Assembly: GCF_049514155.1 (NCBI RefSeq) | Contig: NZ_JBEKVH010000012.1 | Coordinates: 1,316 to 65,315 of the forward strand | Origin: Roseiarcus sp. | Lineage (GTDB): Bacteria; Pseudomonadota; Alphaproteobacteria; Rhizobiales; Beijerinckiaceae | Direction: 5' to 3' | DNA length: 64,000 bases | Made by a program: the position numbers and the translations under genes | Shown here: one piece after another, positions 15,308 through 25,705 of the stretch | How the letters are laid out: each line of letters starts with the position of its first letter | How positions within the stretch are numbered: position 1 is the stretch's first letter | Notes under the pieces: generated by a model | What the model was told of the DNA's origin: nothing | Seen by the model: the letters and a program-made list of their open reading frames with translations, nothing else | Database searches by the model: none

Positions 15308-16051
15308 ATGGCCGGCAGGCTCGAAGGAAAGGTTGCGTTGCTGACCGCGGCGGCGGCGGGCATCGGCCGCGCTGCCGCCGAGGCGTTCGCCGCCGAAGGG
15401 GCGAAGATCGTCGCCACCGATCTCAATCTCGACGGGCTCAAGGGGCTCGCCGGCGCGACGCGCCAACTCGACGTGCGCTCGAGCGAGGCGGTCGGCGCGC
15501 TGGCGCGCGAGATCGGTCCGATCGACGTTTTGTTCAACTGCGCCGGCTTCGTCCATCACGGGACGATCCTGGATTGCACCGAAGGGGATTGGGACTTTTC
15601 CTTCGACCTCAACGTGAAGTCGATGCACCGAACCATCCGCGCCTTCCTGCCAGGCATGCTGGAGAAAGGCGGCGGCTCGATTGTCAACGTCGCCTCGGCC
15701 GCTTCCTCGGTGCGCGGCATTCCCAACCGCTATCTCTACGGCGCCTCGAAGGCGGCGGTGATCGGCTTGACCAAGGCCGTCGCGGCCGATTTCATTCGCC
15801 GCGGAATCCGCTGCAACGCGATCTGCCCGGCGACGGTCGAGAGCCCGTCGCTCGACCAGCGCATCGCGACGCTCGCCGCCCAATCAGGGCAGAGCGTCGC
15901 GGATGTGCGCAAGGCGTTCATCGATCGCCAGCCGATGGGCCGGATCGGCAAACCCGAGGAGGTGGCGGCGCTCGCCGTCTATCTCGCTTCGGACGAAAGC
16001 GCCTTCACCACCGGCCAGGCTCACATCGTCGACGGCGGCTTCGCGCTCTGA
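15308..16051 (+). CDS. SDR family oxidoreductase
   Basis: ATG at 15308. GKVALLTAAAAGIGRAAA cofactor motif and YGASKAAV catalytic YxxxK. Confidence 0.85.
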   Translation: MAGRLEGKVALLTAAAAGIGRAAAEAFAAEGAKIVATDLNLDGLKGLAGATRQLDVRSSEAVGALAREIGPIDVLFNCAGFVHHGTILDCTEGDWDFSFDLNVKSMHRTIRAFLPGMLEKGGGSIVNVASAASSVRGIPNRYLYGASKAAVIGLTKAVAADFIRRGIRCNAICPATVESPSLDQRIATLAAQSGQSVADVRKAFIDRQPMGRIGKPEEVAALAVYLASDESAFTTGQAHIVDGGFAL

Positions 16052-16057
16052 CGCCTC

Positions 16058-16855
16058 TCAGCCGGCGCGCTTCGGCAGCGGCGGGGTGAAGCGGCCGTCA
16101 GCCGCCGTCCAGCCGCCATCGACCAGCAGGTACGAGCCGGTGACGTAGGAGCTCGCGTCGGAGCAGAGGAACACCACCGCGCCGGCCATCTCGGCCGGGC
16201 TCGCCCAGCGCTTCAGCATCGATTTGTCGGCGTAGGCGCGATACCAGGCCTCGTTCTCGATGATCTGCTTGGTCAGCGGCGTCTCGACCACGCCCGGCGC
16301 CACGGCGTTGAGCCGCACGCCTGAAGTCCCGAGCTCGGCGGCGAGCGCGCGGATCATTTGCAAGGTGCCGGCCTTGGTCGCAGCGTAGACCCCCTGGCCG
16401 GGCTCGACGACCTGGGCGCGTACGCTCGAGAAGGCGACGATCGAGCCCCTGCCGCGCGCCGCCATTGGCGGGGCGAACGCGCGAAGGACGCGGAACACGC
16501 CCTTGAGGTTGAGGTCGACGACGCGGTCGAATTCGTCGTCGGTGAGATCGAGCAGCGGTTTGCGCACATTGATCGACGGCGTGACGACCAGCGCATCGAG
16601 CGCGCCGAGGCTTTGCGCCACCGCCTCGATGATCGCTTTGTCTCGCATGTCGATCTTCATCGCTGCGCCCTTGCCGCCGCCCTTGTTGATTTCGTGGACT
16701 GTCTCCTCGGCGAGCGCGACGTTGACGTCGGCGACGACGACCTCCGCGCCGTGAGCGGCAAGGCCGAGCGCGCTCGCCTGGCCGATCCCGCTCGCCCCGC
16801 CGATCACCAGCGCGCGGCGCCCGGAAAGATCGAACATCTTTGAGTAGTCGAACAT
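16058..16855 (-). CDS. SDR family oxidoreductase
   Basis: ATG at 16855 preceded by GAGGAA. ALVIGGASGIGQA motif and YAATKAGT (YxxxK). Confidence 0.85.
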   Translation of the reverse strand: MFDYSKMFDLSGRRALVIGGASGIGQASALGLAAHGAEVVVADVNVALAEETVHEINKGGGKGAAMKIDMRDKAIIEAVAQSLGALDALVVTPSINVRKPLLDLTDDEFDRVVDLNLKGVFRVLRAFAPPMAARGRGSIVAFSSVRAQVVEPGQGVYAATKAGTLQMIRALAAELGTSGVRLNAVAPGVVETPLTKQIIENEAWYRAYADKSMLKRWASPAEMAGAVVFLCSDASSYVTGSYLLVDGGWTAADGRFTPPLPKRAG

Positions 16856-16866
16856 CGCGTTTCCTC

Positions 16867-18264
16867 TCAGTTTTGATTGGGCGGCTCGGGCCACGGGCGC
16901 GCTTCGCCGGCGCGCATTTCCTCGAACGCCATCGCCGCGCTCAGCACGCCGAGGTCGTCGAAGCGGCGGCCGACGATTTGCAGTCCGATCGGCAGGCCGT
17001 CACGGTCATAGCCGCAATTGACCGTCGCCGCCGGCTGCTCCGACATGTTGTAGGCGACGGTGAAGCCGATGTGGGCCATGGCGTTGTAGGGGTCGTTGCT
17101 CGGCATCGCCCATTCGGCGGGGTAGGTTACGTCGGGCGAAGTCGGCGAAATCACGAAGTCGTAGGGGAGGGTCGCGGCGACCGTCGCCTTGGCCATTTCC
17201 CGCATCTGATTGAAGCCGCGAAACACGGTCTCGCCGTCGAGGCCAGTCGCCGCCTCCGCCCAGGCGCGGATGAACGGAAGCACTTTGGCGCGCTTCTCGA
17301 TCGGCAGCGCGGTAAGGTCGATCAGCGAGCGCACGCGCCAGAAGCGGTCGAGGCCGTCGAGCATGTCCTGGGTCAGGAACGGCGCGAGTGGCTCGATGAC
17401 GGCGCCCGCCGCAGCGATGTCGCGCGCCGCGCGCTCGATTTCGCGCCTGACCGTCGGCGTCGGCTTGTCGCCGCAGCCCGCCTCGACAAGCAACCCGACC
17501 TTGCGGCCGCGCCAATCGAGCGGCTTGACCCGCCAGTCGAGCGTCTGCGGCGGCAGGCTCGAATAGTCGCGCGCGTCGGGCTTGGTCAGCGTCGCCATCA
17601 TCAGCGCCGCGTCTTCGACCGTGCGCGTCAGTGGCCCGGCGGCGCGGCCGTAATAGGACGGATCGATCGGGACGCGGCCGCCGCTCGGCTTGAGGCCGAT
17701 GAGGCCGCACCAGCCGGCCGGCAGGCGAATCGAGCCGCCGATGTCGGTGCCGACGTGCAGCGGCCCATAACTCGCCGCGGCGGCGGCGGCGCCGCCGGCC
17801 GACGAGCCGCCGGGGTTGCGCGCGACGTTCCATGGATTGCGCGCGAGCTTGTGGAAGCTCGACAGGCCGGACGACAGCATGCCGTAGTCAGGCATCGTCG
17901 TCTTGGCGAACAGGATCGCGCCAGCTTCGCGCAAGCGCGCCGCCGGCGGCGCGTCGGCGGCGGCGGGCGCCATGTCGCTCGCCGCCGTGCCGACGGGAAT
18001 CGGCTCGCCCTTGGTGGCGATGTTGTCCTTGATCGTCGCCGGCACGCCGTCGAGCGGACCGATCGGCTGGCCGCGTCGCCAGCGCTCTTCCGACGCGTTC
18101 GCTTCTGCGAGCGCGCGCTCAGGCGAGAGGAGATAGGTCGCCGAGATATGCGGCTCGAAGCGCGCGACCCTATCGAGCACGCTGCGCATCGCCTCGAGCG
18201 GCGACAACGCGCCGCTCTTGTAAGCCTCGAGCAGCGCGGTCGCGCTCATCCGGAACGGTTGCAT
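16867..18264 (-). CDS. amidase (amidase-signature family)
   Basis: 465 aa. GGSSAGGAAAAAAS plus GTDIGGSIRLPA amidase signature. Stops 11 nt before the SDR start. Confidence 0.85.
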   Translation of the reverse strand: MQPFRMSATALLEAYKSGALSPLEAMRSVLDRVARFEPHISATYLLSPERALAEANASEERWRRGQPIGPLDGVPATIKDNIATKGEPIPVGTAASDMAPAAADAPPAARLREAGAILFAKTTMPDYGMLSSGLSSFHKLARNPWNVARNPGGSSAGGAAAAAASYGPLHVGTDIGGSIRLPAGWCGLIGLKPSGGRVPIDPSYYGRAAGPLTRTVEDAALMMATLTKPDARDYSSLPPQTLDWRVKPLDWRGRKVGLLVEAGCGDKPTPTVRREIERAARDIAAAGAVIEPLAPFLTQDMLDGLDRFWRVRSLIDLTALPIEKRAKVLPFIRAWAEAATGLDGETVFRGFNQMREMAKATVAATLPYDFVISPTSPDVTYPAEWAMPSNDPYNAMAHIGFTVAYNMSEQPAATVNCGYDRDGLPIGLQIVGRRFDDLGVLSAAMAFEEMRAGEARPWPEPPNQN

Positions 18265-18329
18265 CTATGAACCTGTTTCACCTCTCAAGGCCGCGCCGCC
18301 CCCGCCCGGATCGGGTGCGGCCGCGATCT

Positions 18330-19814
18330 CTACTGCTTCCACGACATCGCGCCGACGTCGTTGGCGAAGATCGGCGCGTTTTTCCACAGGCCCTGCAAAT
18401 GCGCGTCGGCGATCGTCACGTCGGGGAGTTGGAAGAGGAATCCGTTGACGCAGTCCTTGACGATCTGTCGCTGTGCGTCGCCAATCGCTGTCTTGAAAGC
18501 GTCGAGATCCGGCGCCGCCTGGATGCGGGCGAAGATGTCGCGGAACGCCTGGCTATCATACTGGAAGTAGTAGTCGGGATTGGCGTAGATGCCGATGTCG
18601 AGCGGCTCGACGTGGCTGATGATCGTCAGATCGAAGTTGTGGCCCTTGTAAACGTTTGACAGCCACTGCGCCCATTCAACTTCCTCGATCTTGGCCTGGA
18701 CGCCGACTTCGGCGAGCTCGGCCGCGATGATCTCGCCGCTCTTGCGGGCATAGTCTGGCGGCGGCAGCGTCAGCGTCACCTGCAGCGGCGTCGTCACGCC
18801 CGCTTCCTTGAGCAGCGCCTTGGCCTTCTCGGGGTCGTGCGGATAGGCGCCGGTCAAGTCGACGTAGCCGGGGTCGTTGGGGACGAGGTGGCTGCCGATC
18901 GGCGTCGCCAGACCATTCTGAGCGCCGTCGATGATCGCCTTGCGGTCGATCGCATAGGCGAGCGCCTGACGCACGCGCAGGTCGTCGAACGGCTTCTTCT
19001 TGTTGTTGATGGCGAGGATCGTCTTGCCGTCGGTGCCGCCAGTGAGTACCTGGAAGCGCGGATCAGCCTGGAACTGGGCGACGTTCTGCAGTCCTTGGAA
19101 GCGCGGGAAGGCGTCGATGTCGCCGGCGAGCAGCGCCGCCATTTCGGCCGATGGGTCGCTGATGAATTTGAAGGTGACGTGCTTGATCGCGATCTTGGCC
19201 GCGTCGCGGAACCCGTCCCACTTCTCCAGAGTCGCCGAGGCGCCCTTGTTCCAGGAGACGAACTTGTAGGGGCCGGTGCCGACCGGAGCGGTCGCGTCGG
19301 TCGCGGCGCTCTTTTCGTCGACGATCACGGCGGTGTTGAGGCCGAGGTGATAGAGCGCCTGGAAGCTCGGGTCCTTGAACGTCAGCGTAATCGTCGCCGG
19401 GTCGCTGGCGTCGATCGACTGGATCGAGGCGAAGAACGCTTTCTCCTTGTTGGTCGAGTCCTTGCCGGCGGCGCGCTCGAACGCGAATTTGACGTCCTTG
19501 GAGCTGAAAGGCTCGTCGTCCTGGAACTTGACCCCTTGGCGCAGCGTGAAAGTCAGCGTCTTGAGGTCGGGTGAGAATGCCCATTTCTCGGCGAGGAGCG
19601 GCGTAACATTGAAATTGTCGTCGAGCTTAACCAGCCCTTCGAAGATGTTGTAGTGGGTGATCTCGCCGATCGCAGCGGCCGCGCCGGTGGTTGGATCGAG
19701 CGTCGGCGGTTCGAGCGCCATGCCGATCGTCACGCCGTCCTTGTCGGCGGCGAAGGCCGTCGAAGCGGCGATCACTGCGGCGAAAGCAAAAAGCAATGAG
19801 AGGGGCTTGCGCAT
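18330..19814 (-). CDS. ABC transporter substrate-binding protein (family 5, peptide/nickel type)
   Basis: ATG at 19814 preceded by AAGGAG. Signal peptide MRKPLSLLFAFAAVIAASTAFA. Length (about 494 aa) and sequence pattern fit family-5 SBPs. No permease or ATPase genes are adjacent. Confidence 0.8.
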   Translation of the reverse strand: MRKPLSLLFAFAAVIAASTAFAADKDGVTIGMALEPPTLDPTTGAAAAIGEITHYNIFEGLVKLDDNFNVTPLLAEKWAFSPDLKTLTFTLRQGVKFQDDEPFSSKDVKFAFERAAGKDSTNKEKAFFASIQSIDASDPATITLTFKDPSFQALYHLGLNTAVIVDEKSAATDATAPVGTGPYKFVSWNKGASATLEKWDGFRDAAKIAIKHVTFKFISDPSAEMAALLAGDIDAFPRFQGLQNVAQFQADPRFQVLTGGTDGKTILAINNKKKPFDDLRVRQALAYAIDRKAIIDGAQNGLATPIGSHLVPNDPGYVDLTGAYPHDPEKAKALLKEAGVTTPLQVTLTLPPPDYARKSGEIIAAELAEVGVQAKIEEVEWAQWLSNVYKGHNFDLTIISHVEPLDIGIYANPDYYFQYDSQAFRDIFARIQAAPDLDAFKTAIGDAQRQIVKDCVNGFLFQLPDVTIADAHLQGLWKNAPIFANDVGAMSWKQ

Positions 19815-20017
19815 GCGGCGCTCCTTTGGCGGCTGGCGGGGTCCGCCAAACTCTAGCATCTTGGGCGATGAGGGCGTCAAGCACGGAAAAGGCGGCCGGA
19901 GAGGGCGCCTGCCTTGCCCCGCGGCATGGACGCCTTTATGCCCCGGTCCAAACGGCGACCGGCCTCAAACGGTCGCCGCAAGCGGCGCGGGCGCGCCGCC
20001 AGCATGGTGAGCCGCCT

Positions 20018-21547
20018 GTGACCGAACGCGCCATATCTCCGCCGGTCTCGCTGCGCAGCGAGGCCGCGCCGCCCGCGCGTTGGGCGCCTGTCGCGCTAGT
20101 CGCCGTGCAGATCTGCGCTTGGACAGCGCTGGGCGCGCTGTTCGAAGGGTCGATCGACGCCGACGTCGCCGAAGGGGTGGTCGACGGCCCGGAATGGCGG
20201 CTCTCCTATTTGCGCCACCCGCCGCTGTCGTCGTGGCTCAGCGGCGTCGCCTCGACAACCGGACCGTGGCGCTACCTTGTTCTGTTTGCAATCGCGGTCG
20301 CCTTCGGTTGCTGCGCGTTCGCGCTGGTCTCGCTGTTCATCCGTCGCGTCGATGGATCGGCCGCGAGCCTCGTCGCTTTGCTGGCGGGCCTCGGCTCGCC
20401 CTACGCGACCTACTGGCCGCTCAAGTTCAACCACAACATCGGCGTGATGCCGTTCTGGGCGCTCGTCCTGTGGACGGCGTGGAACGCCTTCGAGGGCGGA
20501 TCGCTGGCGAGCTGGGCGCTGTTCGGCGCGGCGGTCGGCTTCAGTCTGTGGGCGAAATACGCGATCCTTCACCTCGTCGCTCCGCTCGGTGTGGCTTTCC
20601 TTCTGACGCCCGAATGGCGCAAGCGGCTTGCCGGGCCGGGTCCGTGGCTGGCGGCGGCGATCGCCGTCGCGATCGTCGCGCCGCAGGCGATCGACGTCGC
20701 GCGCCACGGCGCCACGACCCTCAAGTGGGCGACCCACACGACGCATTCGGGCGCGGGCGAGCGCATCGGCTGGATGGCGGCGTTCGTTATCGACGCGGCG
20801 CTCGCCAATGCGCCGATGGCCCTGATCGCCTGGTTGGCATGCGGAGGCGAGCGGCTCAAGGCGGCGATCCGGGCGATGATCGCGCCGGCGACGCGCACCC
20901 GGCTCGACCTCTTTCTGCATTTCGCCGTCGTTGGCCCGGTCGTGCTCATCATTCTCGCCGCGCCGTTCGGCGTGCGCGTCTTCTATCATTGGCTGACGCC
21001 GGTCACGGTCGGCTTCGCCGCCTGGTGGGGCCATGCGGCGGCGCGGGCGGGCCTCCAGGTCCTGCCACGCCGCGTCTGGTTCGTCTTCGCAGCCTGGGCC
21101 GTCGTCGTCGTCGTCGGCTATGTCGGCGAGCGTGAAGCCTGGCGCCTGCAGGCGCCGCTTAGCACCGGCGCCTATCCTGAAATGGACGGTCCGGCGCTCG
21201 CGGCGCTCGCCGAGCGCTATTGGGCGGGCCACGGCGGCGGCCCTATCCCCTACCTCGTCAGCTACGACGGCAAGATCGGCTTCCAGGCGGCGGGGTCGAT
21301 CGTTTTCGATCTTCCTTACCGGGTGCGGGCGCTAGACGGGGGCGACACGCACAACGCGCCTTGGCTCGACGTCGCCGATCTCAAGCGGCGCGGCGCGCTA
21401 GTGGTCGCCGCCGGGCCAGACTTGAAGGCGACGATCGACGGCGCGCCGATCGAGGTTCTCGACCTGACGGCTTTCGTCCGGCCGACCCTGCCTGGGGTCA
21501 AGGCGCCGCCGCAGATCTATTTTGGCGTGATTTCGCCACAGCCTTAG
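20018..21547 (+). CDS. glycosyltransferase family 39 (ArnT/PMT-like) membrane protein, start uncertain
   Basis: Polytopic membrane protein with YLRHPPLSSW near the N-terminus, the PMT/ArnT-type loop motif. I chose the GTG at 20018, and the ATG at 19868 is an alternative. The upstream part of the track ORF is Arg-rich. Confidence 0.65.
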   Translation: MTERAISPPVSLRSEAAPPARWAPVALVAVQICAWTALGALFEGSIDADVAEGVVDGPEWRLSYLRHPPLSSWLSGVASTTGPWRYLVLFAIAVAFGCCAFALVSLFIRRVDGSAASLVALLAGLGSPYATYWPLKFNHNIGVMPFWALVLWTAWNAFEGGSLASWALFGAAVGFSLWAKYAILHLVAPLGVAFLLTPEWRKRLAGPGPWLAAAIAVAIVAPQAIDVARHGATTLKWATHTTHSGAGERIGWMAAFVIDAALANAPMALIAWLACGGERLKAAIRAMIAPATRTRLDLFLHFAVVGPVVLIILAAPFGVRVFYHWLTPVTVGFAAWWGHAAARAGLQVLPRRVWFVFAAWAVVVVVGYVGEREAWRLQAPLSTGAYPEMDGPALAALAERYWAGHGGGPIPYLVSYDGKIGFQAAGSIVFDLPYRVRALDGGDTHNAPWLDVADLKRRGALVVAAGPDLKATIDGAPIEVLDLTAFVRPTLPGVKAPPQIYFGVISPQP

Positions 21548-21550
21548 CGC

Positions 21551-21919
21551 TCAGGTCGTCGCGGCGCCGCTCAGCGCCGCGGCGAGCTTCTCGATCCGCT
21601 GGCTGAGGTCGCCAAACGCCTGGGCGACGGCGACGGCCTGGATTTCGGCGTCATGCCGGCCGGCCCGCTCGCGATCGGCGCCGCGCCCCGCTTCCGCCTC
21701 GAGAGTGGCGATCTGGGCGCGCGCCTCGGTGAGCTCATCGGCGATCGTGAGGGCCGCCATGACAATCAGCCGCTGGTCGCCGATCTCACCGAAAGACTTG
21801 TGAATCGTATCGAATTTGCTGTCGACCAAGCGCGCCAGCGACTCCAAATGCTCTTCTTCGCCCTCATTGCACGCCAGGCGGTAGGTGCGTCCGCCGATCG
21901 TGACCGCCACTTGCGCCAT
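21551..21919 (-). CDS. zapA: cell division protein ZapA
   Basis: 122 aa. VTIGGRTYRLACNEGEEEHLESLARLVDSKF...DQRLIVMAALTIADEL is the ZapA pattern. Confidence 0.85.
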   Translation of the reverse strand: MAQVAVTIGGRTYRLACNEGEEEHLESLARLVDSKFDTIHKSFGEIGDQRLIVMAALTIADELTEARAQIATLEAEAGRGADRERAGRHDAEIQAVAVAQAFGDLSQRIEKLAAALSGAATT

Positions 21920-21943
21920 CGCCGCCCGCCTTTCGAAAACGCG

Positions 21944-22234
21944 CTAGTCGCCGTCGGCGGCGAGCATGCGCTCGATCACCGCTTCGAGCGCAGCGGTGGC
22001 GTGCGCCAGGGTCTTGGCCGCTTCGGAATTGGCCGCCTCCAGGGCGCGATTGCGGCTGAGCGCGCTGTCGAGCTCGACCGCGAGCTGGTCGCGATCGTCC
22101 TGCATCAGCGCCAGCTCCTCATCGGAGTCGCCGCGCTTGGCGTCGCGCCGCACGCGACGCTCGACCGCCGCCTCAAGCAGATCGACCGCCGCCCGCATCC
22201 GCTTCAACGACGGCTCGAAAGGACCGAGGGCCAT
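21944..22234 (-). CDS. DUF4164 coiled-coil protein
   Basis: ATG at 22234 with GGAG upstream. Small coiled-coil protein immediately upstream of zapA, as is usual in Alphaproteobacteria. Confidence 0.7.
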   Translation of the reverse strand: MALGPFEPSLKRMRAAVDLLEAAVERRVRRDAKRGDSDEELALMQDDRDQLAVELDSALSRNRALEAANSEAAKTLAHATAALEAVIERMLAADGD

Positions 22235-22291
22235 TGGACTCCATCCCTTAGAGCCCAACGTTTACGCGACGCATGAAGCGCGCGTCAACGC

Positions 22292-22334
22292 GTCAATGCT
22301 GCAATTGACAGGAGAATGCAGCCACGCCTATCAA
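22292..22334 (+). promoter_or_regulatory. candidate tkt-operon promoter with overlapping inverted repeat
   Basis: GTCAAT-gctgca-ATTGAC (22292-22309) overlaps TTGACA (22305-22310). TATCAA (22329-22334) follows after 18 nt, about 50 nt upstream of the tkt ATG. Confidence 0.3.
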
Positions 22335-22386
22335 CGCGGCGCAATGAAGCGCGGCCGACGCGCCGCGCCTTTTCCTCGGAGAAAGC

Positions 22387-24378
22387 ATGACGGCTCAGGT
22401 CTCTCACGACGCGATGGCGAACGCGATCCGCTTCCTGTCGGTCGACGCGGTCGAGAAGGCCAAAAGCGGTCATCCCGGCCTGCCCATGGGCGCGGCGGAC
22501 TTCGCCACGGTGCTGTTCCGCGACGTCCTCAAGTTCGACGCCGCCGACCCGAAATGGCCCGACCGCGACCGCTTCGTACTGTCGGCCGGCCACGGCTCGA
22601 TGCTGCTCTATTCCTTGCTCTATTTGACCGGCGTTGGCGGCCGCGACGGCCTGACGATCGCCGACCTGCAGGCGTTCCGCCAGGTCGGCTCCAAGACCCC
22701 CGGCCACCCGGAATACGGCCATACGCTCGGGGTCGAGACGACGACCGGTCCGCTGGGCCAGGGGCTCGCGACGGCGGTCGGCATGGCGCTCGCCGAGCGG
22801 ATGCTGGCGGCCGAATTCGGCGAAGTGGTCGACCACCACACCTACGTGCTCGCCTCGGACGGCGACCTGATGGAGGGCGTCAGCCAGGAAGCGATCGCCA
22901 TCGCCGGCCATCTCAGGCTCGCCAAGCTGATCGTGCTTTACGACGACAACGGCATATCGATCGACGGCAAGACCTCGCTCTCCGACTCGGTTGACCAGCT
23001 CGTGCGCTTCCGCGCCGCCGGCTGGCGGTCGCTGCGCATCGACGGCCACGACCCGCAGGCGATTCTCAAGGCGATCAAGGCCGCTAAGCGAGCTGACAAG
23101 CCGACGCTGATCGCCTGCCGCACGACGATCGGCTTCGGTCTCCCCACCAAGGCCGGCACCAACAAAGCCCACGGCGAGGCGCCCGGCGCGGCCGAGATCG
23201 CCGGCGCGCGCGCCGCGCTGAAGTGGCCCTATGACCCGTTCGTCGTGCCCGACGACGTGCTCGCCGCCTGGCGCGACGTCGGCGCGCGCGGCAAGGGCAA
23301 GCGCGCCCGCTGGCGTCGGGCGCTGGCCGCGCTCCCGCCGGAGCGGCGCGCCGAGTTCGAGCGACGTATACGCGGCGATCTGCCGCCCGCTTTCGATGCA
23401 GCGGTCGACGCCTACAAGCGCCAACTCGCCGCCGACGCGCCGGAGATGGCGACGCGCAAGTCGGGCGAGGCTGCGCTCAAAGTCCTTGCACCCGCCATTC
23501 CGGAGCTCATCACCGGCTCGGCCGATCTCACCGGCTCCAACAACACCAAAGTGCCGGCGACGCCCGAGATTTCTGCTGGCGACATGTCCGGCCGCTACGT
23601 CCATTGGGGCATCCGCGAGCATGGCATGGCGGCGGCTTGCAACGGCATGGCGCTACACGGCGGCTTCATCCCGTCGGGCGCGACCTTCTTGGTCTTCACC
23701 GACTACGCCCGGCCGTCGCTGCGCCTGGCGGCGCTGATGGGGGCGCATGTCGTCCATGTCTTCACCCACGATTCGATCGGCCTGGGCGAAGACGGGCCAA
23801 CGCATCAGCCTGTCGAGCATCTTGCCGCGCTGCGCGCGATCCCGAACCTGCTGCTGTGGCGGCCGGCCGACGCGGTCGAGACCGTCGAATGCTGGCAGGC
23901 GGCGCTGGCGGCGTCGCGCTCGCCCTCGATCCTTGCGTTGACGCGACAGAACCTGCCGGCCCTGCGCAAGGTTCATGTCGCGGAGAACCTCTGCGCGCTC
24001 GGCGCATACGAAATCGCTGCGGCGCCGGAGAAGGCGGCGGTGTCGATCTTCGCCTCGGGTTCGGAGGTGTCGATCGCGATCGCCGCCCAGAAGCTGCTGG
24101 CCGAAAAGAACGTCGCCGCGCGCGTCGTCTCGGTGCCGTGCTTTGACCGGTTCTTCGAGCAGAGCGAGAGTTACCGCAAGCAGGTGATCGGCGACGCGCG
24201 GGTCAAAGTCGGCGTCGAGGCGGCGGTGCGGCAGGGGTGGGACGCGCTGATCGGCGACGGTCCATTCGTCGGCATGACGACATTCGGCGCCAGCGGGCCG
24301 TACAAACAACTTTACGAGCTCTTTGGCATAACTGCCGCGAAAGTGGCTGAAGCGGCGCTCGCTCGGCTCGGCGCCTGA
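22387..24378 (+). CDS. tkt: transketolase
   Basis: 663 aa. [22 protein letters not shown] and [12 protein letters not shown] motifs. Confidence 0.95.
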   Translation: MTAQVSHDAMANAIRFLSVDAVEKAKSGHPGLPMGAADFATVLFRDVLKFDAADPKWPDRDRFVLSAGHGSMLLYSLLYLTGVGGRDGLTIADLQAFRQVGSKTPGHPEYGHTLGVETTTGPLGQGLATAVGMALAERMLAAEFGEVVDHHTYVLASDGDLMEGVSQEAIAIAGHLRLAKLIVLYDDNGISIDGKTSLSDSVDQLVRFRAAGWRSLRIDGHDPQAILKAIKAAKRADKPTLIACRTTIGFGLPTKAGTNKAHGEAPGAAEIAGARAALKWPYDPFVVPDDVLAAWRDVGARGKGKRARWRRALAALPPERRAEFERRIRGDLPPAFDAAVDAYKRQLAADAPEMATRKSGEAALKVLAPAIPELITGSADLTGSNNTKVPATPEISAGDMSGRYVHWGIREHGMAAACNGMALHGGFIPSGATFLVFTDYARPSLRLAALMGAHVVHVFTHDSIGLGEDGPTHQPVEHLAALRAIPNLLLWRPADAVETVECWQAALAASRSPSILALTRQNLPALRKVHVAENLCALGAYEIAAAPEKAAVSIFASGSEVSIAIAAQKLLAEKNVAARVVSVPCFDRFFEQSESYRKQVIGDARVKVGVEAAVRQGWDALIGDGPFVGMTTFGASGPYKQLYELFGITAAKVAEAALARLGA

Positions 24379-24454
24379 CGAGAAATGCGGCAAAAAGACA
24401 CGCGTTTCTGGATTTGGATCAATCCGCGGGCGCCGACTCGCTGCTAATCGACGC

Positions 24455-24481
24455 CCTCGCCGCTCTTTGAGAGCGGCGAGG
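24455..24481. other. perfect 11-bp stem-loop (CCTCGCCGCTC-tttga-GAGCGGCGAGG) in the tkt-gap intergenic region
   Basis: Read directly from the sequence. No adjacent U-tract, so the function (attenuator or processing site) is unknown. Confidence 0.5.
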
Positions 24482-24612
24482 TCGGGCGTGCGAGGACGCT
24501 GAGAAAGCGCTGTGCGCACTAGACTTTAGACTGAGGATCGTCGAAAAGGCGCGCTGTTTGCGCTTCGCCCCGGCGTGTGTCGAGGGCCCTGAGACCAACT
24601 GGAGGTAACAAG

Positions 24613-25620
24613 ATGGCGGTAAAGGTTGCGATCAACGGGTTCGGACGCATCGGGCGACTGGTGCTGCGCGCCATCGCCGAGTCCGGCCGCAAAGACATTG
24701 ACGTGGTGTCGATCAACGATCTCGGCCCGGTCGAGACCAACGCCCATCTGCTGCGCTACGACAGCGTGCACGGCCGCTTCCCCCACGAAGTGGGCGTCGA
24801 CGGCGACTCGCTCGTCGTCAACGGCCACAAGATCAAAGTGACGGCGATCAAGGATCCGACCCAGCTGCCGCACAAGGCGCTCGGCGTCGACATCGCGATG
24901 GAGTGCACCGGCATCTTCACCACGCGCGACAAGGCCGCGATGCACCTGACCGCCGGCGCCAAGCGCGTGATCATCTCCGCGCCGTCGGAAGGCGCCGACC
25001 TCACGGTCGTCTATGGCGTCAATCACAGCAAGCTGACGAAGGATCATCTCGTCATCTCCAACGCCTCGTGCACGACCAACTGTCTGGCGCCGGTGGTGAA
25101 GGTGCTCAACGACGCGATCGGCGTCGACCACGGCTTCATGACGACGATCCACTCCTACACCGGCGATCAGCCGACGCTTGACACGCTGCACAAGGACCTT
25201 TACCGGGCTCGCGCCGCGGCGTTGTCGATGATCCCGACCACGACCGGCGCCGCCAAGGCGGTCGGTCTGGTTCTGCCCGAGCTCAAGGGCAAGCTCGACG
25301 GTTCGGCGATCCGCGTGCCGACGCCGAACGTCTCGGTCGTCGACCTCAAGTTCGTCGCCAAGCGCGCCACGTCCAAGGAAGAGATCAACGCCGCGATCAA
25401 GGCGGCGGCGGACGGCCCGCTCAAGGGCATCCTCGGCTACACCGAACGTCCCAATGTCTCCATCGACTTCAACCATGACAGCCGCTCGTCGGTCTTCCAT
25501 ATGGACCAAACCAAGGTGATCGAGGGCACGTTCGTGCGCATTCTGTCGTGGTACGACAACGAGTGGGGCTTCTCGAACCGCATGGGCGACACCGCCGTCG
25601 CGCTCGCCAAGCTGATCTAA
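24613..25620 (+). CDS. gap: glyceraldehyde-3-phosphate dehydrogenase
   Basis: ATG at 24613 after [20 protein letters not shown] and the active site [12 protein letters not shown]. Confidence 0.95.
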   Translation: MAVKVAINGFGRIGRLVLRAIAESGRKDIDVVSINDLGPVETNAHLLRYDSVHGRFPHEVGVDGDSLVVNGHKIKVTAIKDPTQLPHKALGVDIAMECTGIFTTRDKAAMHLTAGAKRVIISAPSEGADLTVVYGVNHSKLTKDHLVISNASCTTNCLAPVVKVLNDAIGVDHGFMTTIHSYTGDQPTLDTLHKDLYRARAAALSMIPTTTGAAKAVGLVLPELKGKLDGSAIRVPTPNVSVVDLKFVAKRATSKEEINAAIKAAADGPLKGILGYTERPNVSIDFNHDSRSSVFHMDQTKVIEGTFVRILSWYDNEWGFSNRMGDTAVALAKLI

Positions 25621-25629
25621 CCAATAGTG

Positions 25630-25655
25630 CGGAGCCGGCGGCTTCGCCGGCTCCG
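25630..25655. other. perfect 11-bp stem-loop (CGGAGCCGGCG-gctt-CGCCGGCTCCG) between gap and pgk
   Basis: Read directly from the sequence, 10 nt after the gap stop. No immediate U-tract, so it is probably an intra-operon attenuator or stabiliser. Confidence 0.5.
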
Positions 25656-25705
25656 TCGACGTCAACAGTGGCTTTTGTCGCGCCGCTTAGCCATGGAGCT
25701 TGGCG

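Noticed and set aside
21548-21550. 6S RNA (ssrS), which often lies just downstream of zapA
   Set aside because: Only 3 nt separate the zapA stop from the convergent GT39 gene stop, so there is no room for an RNA gene.
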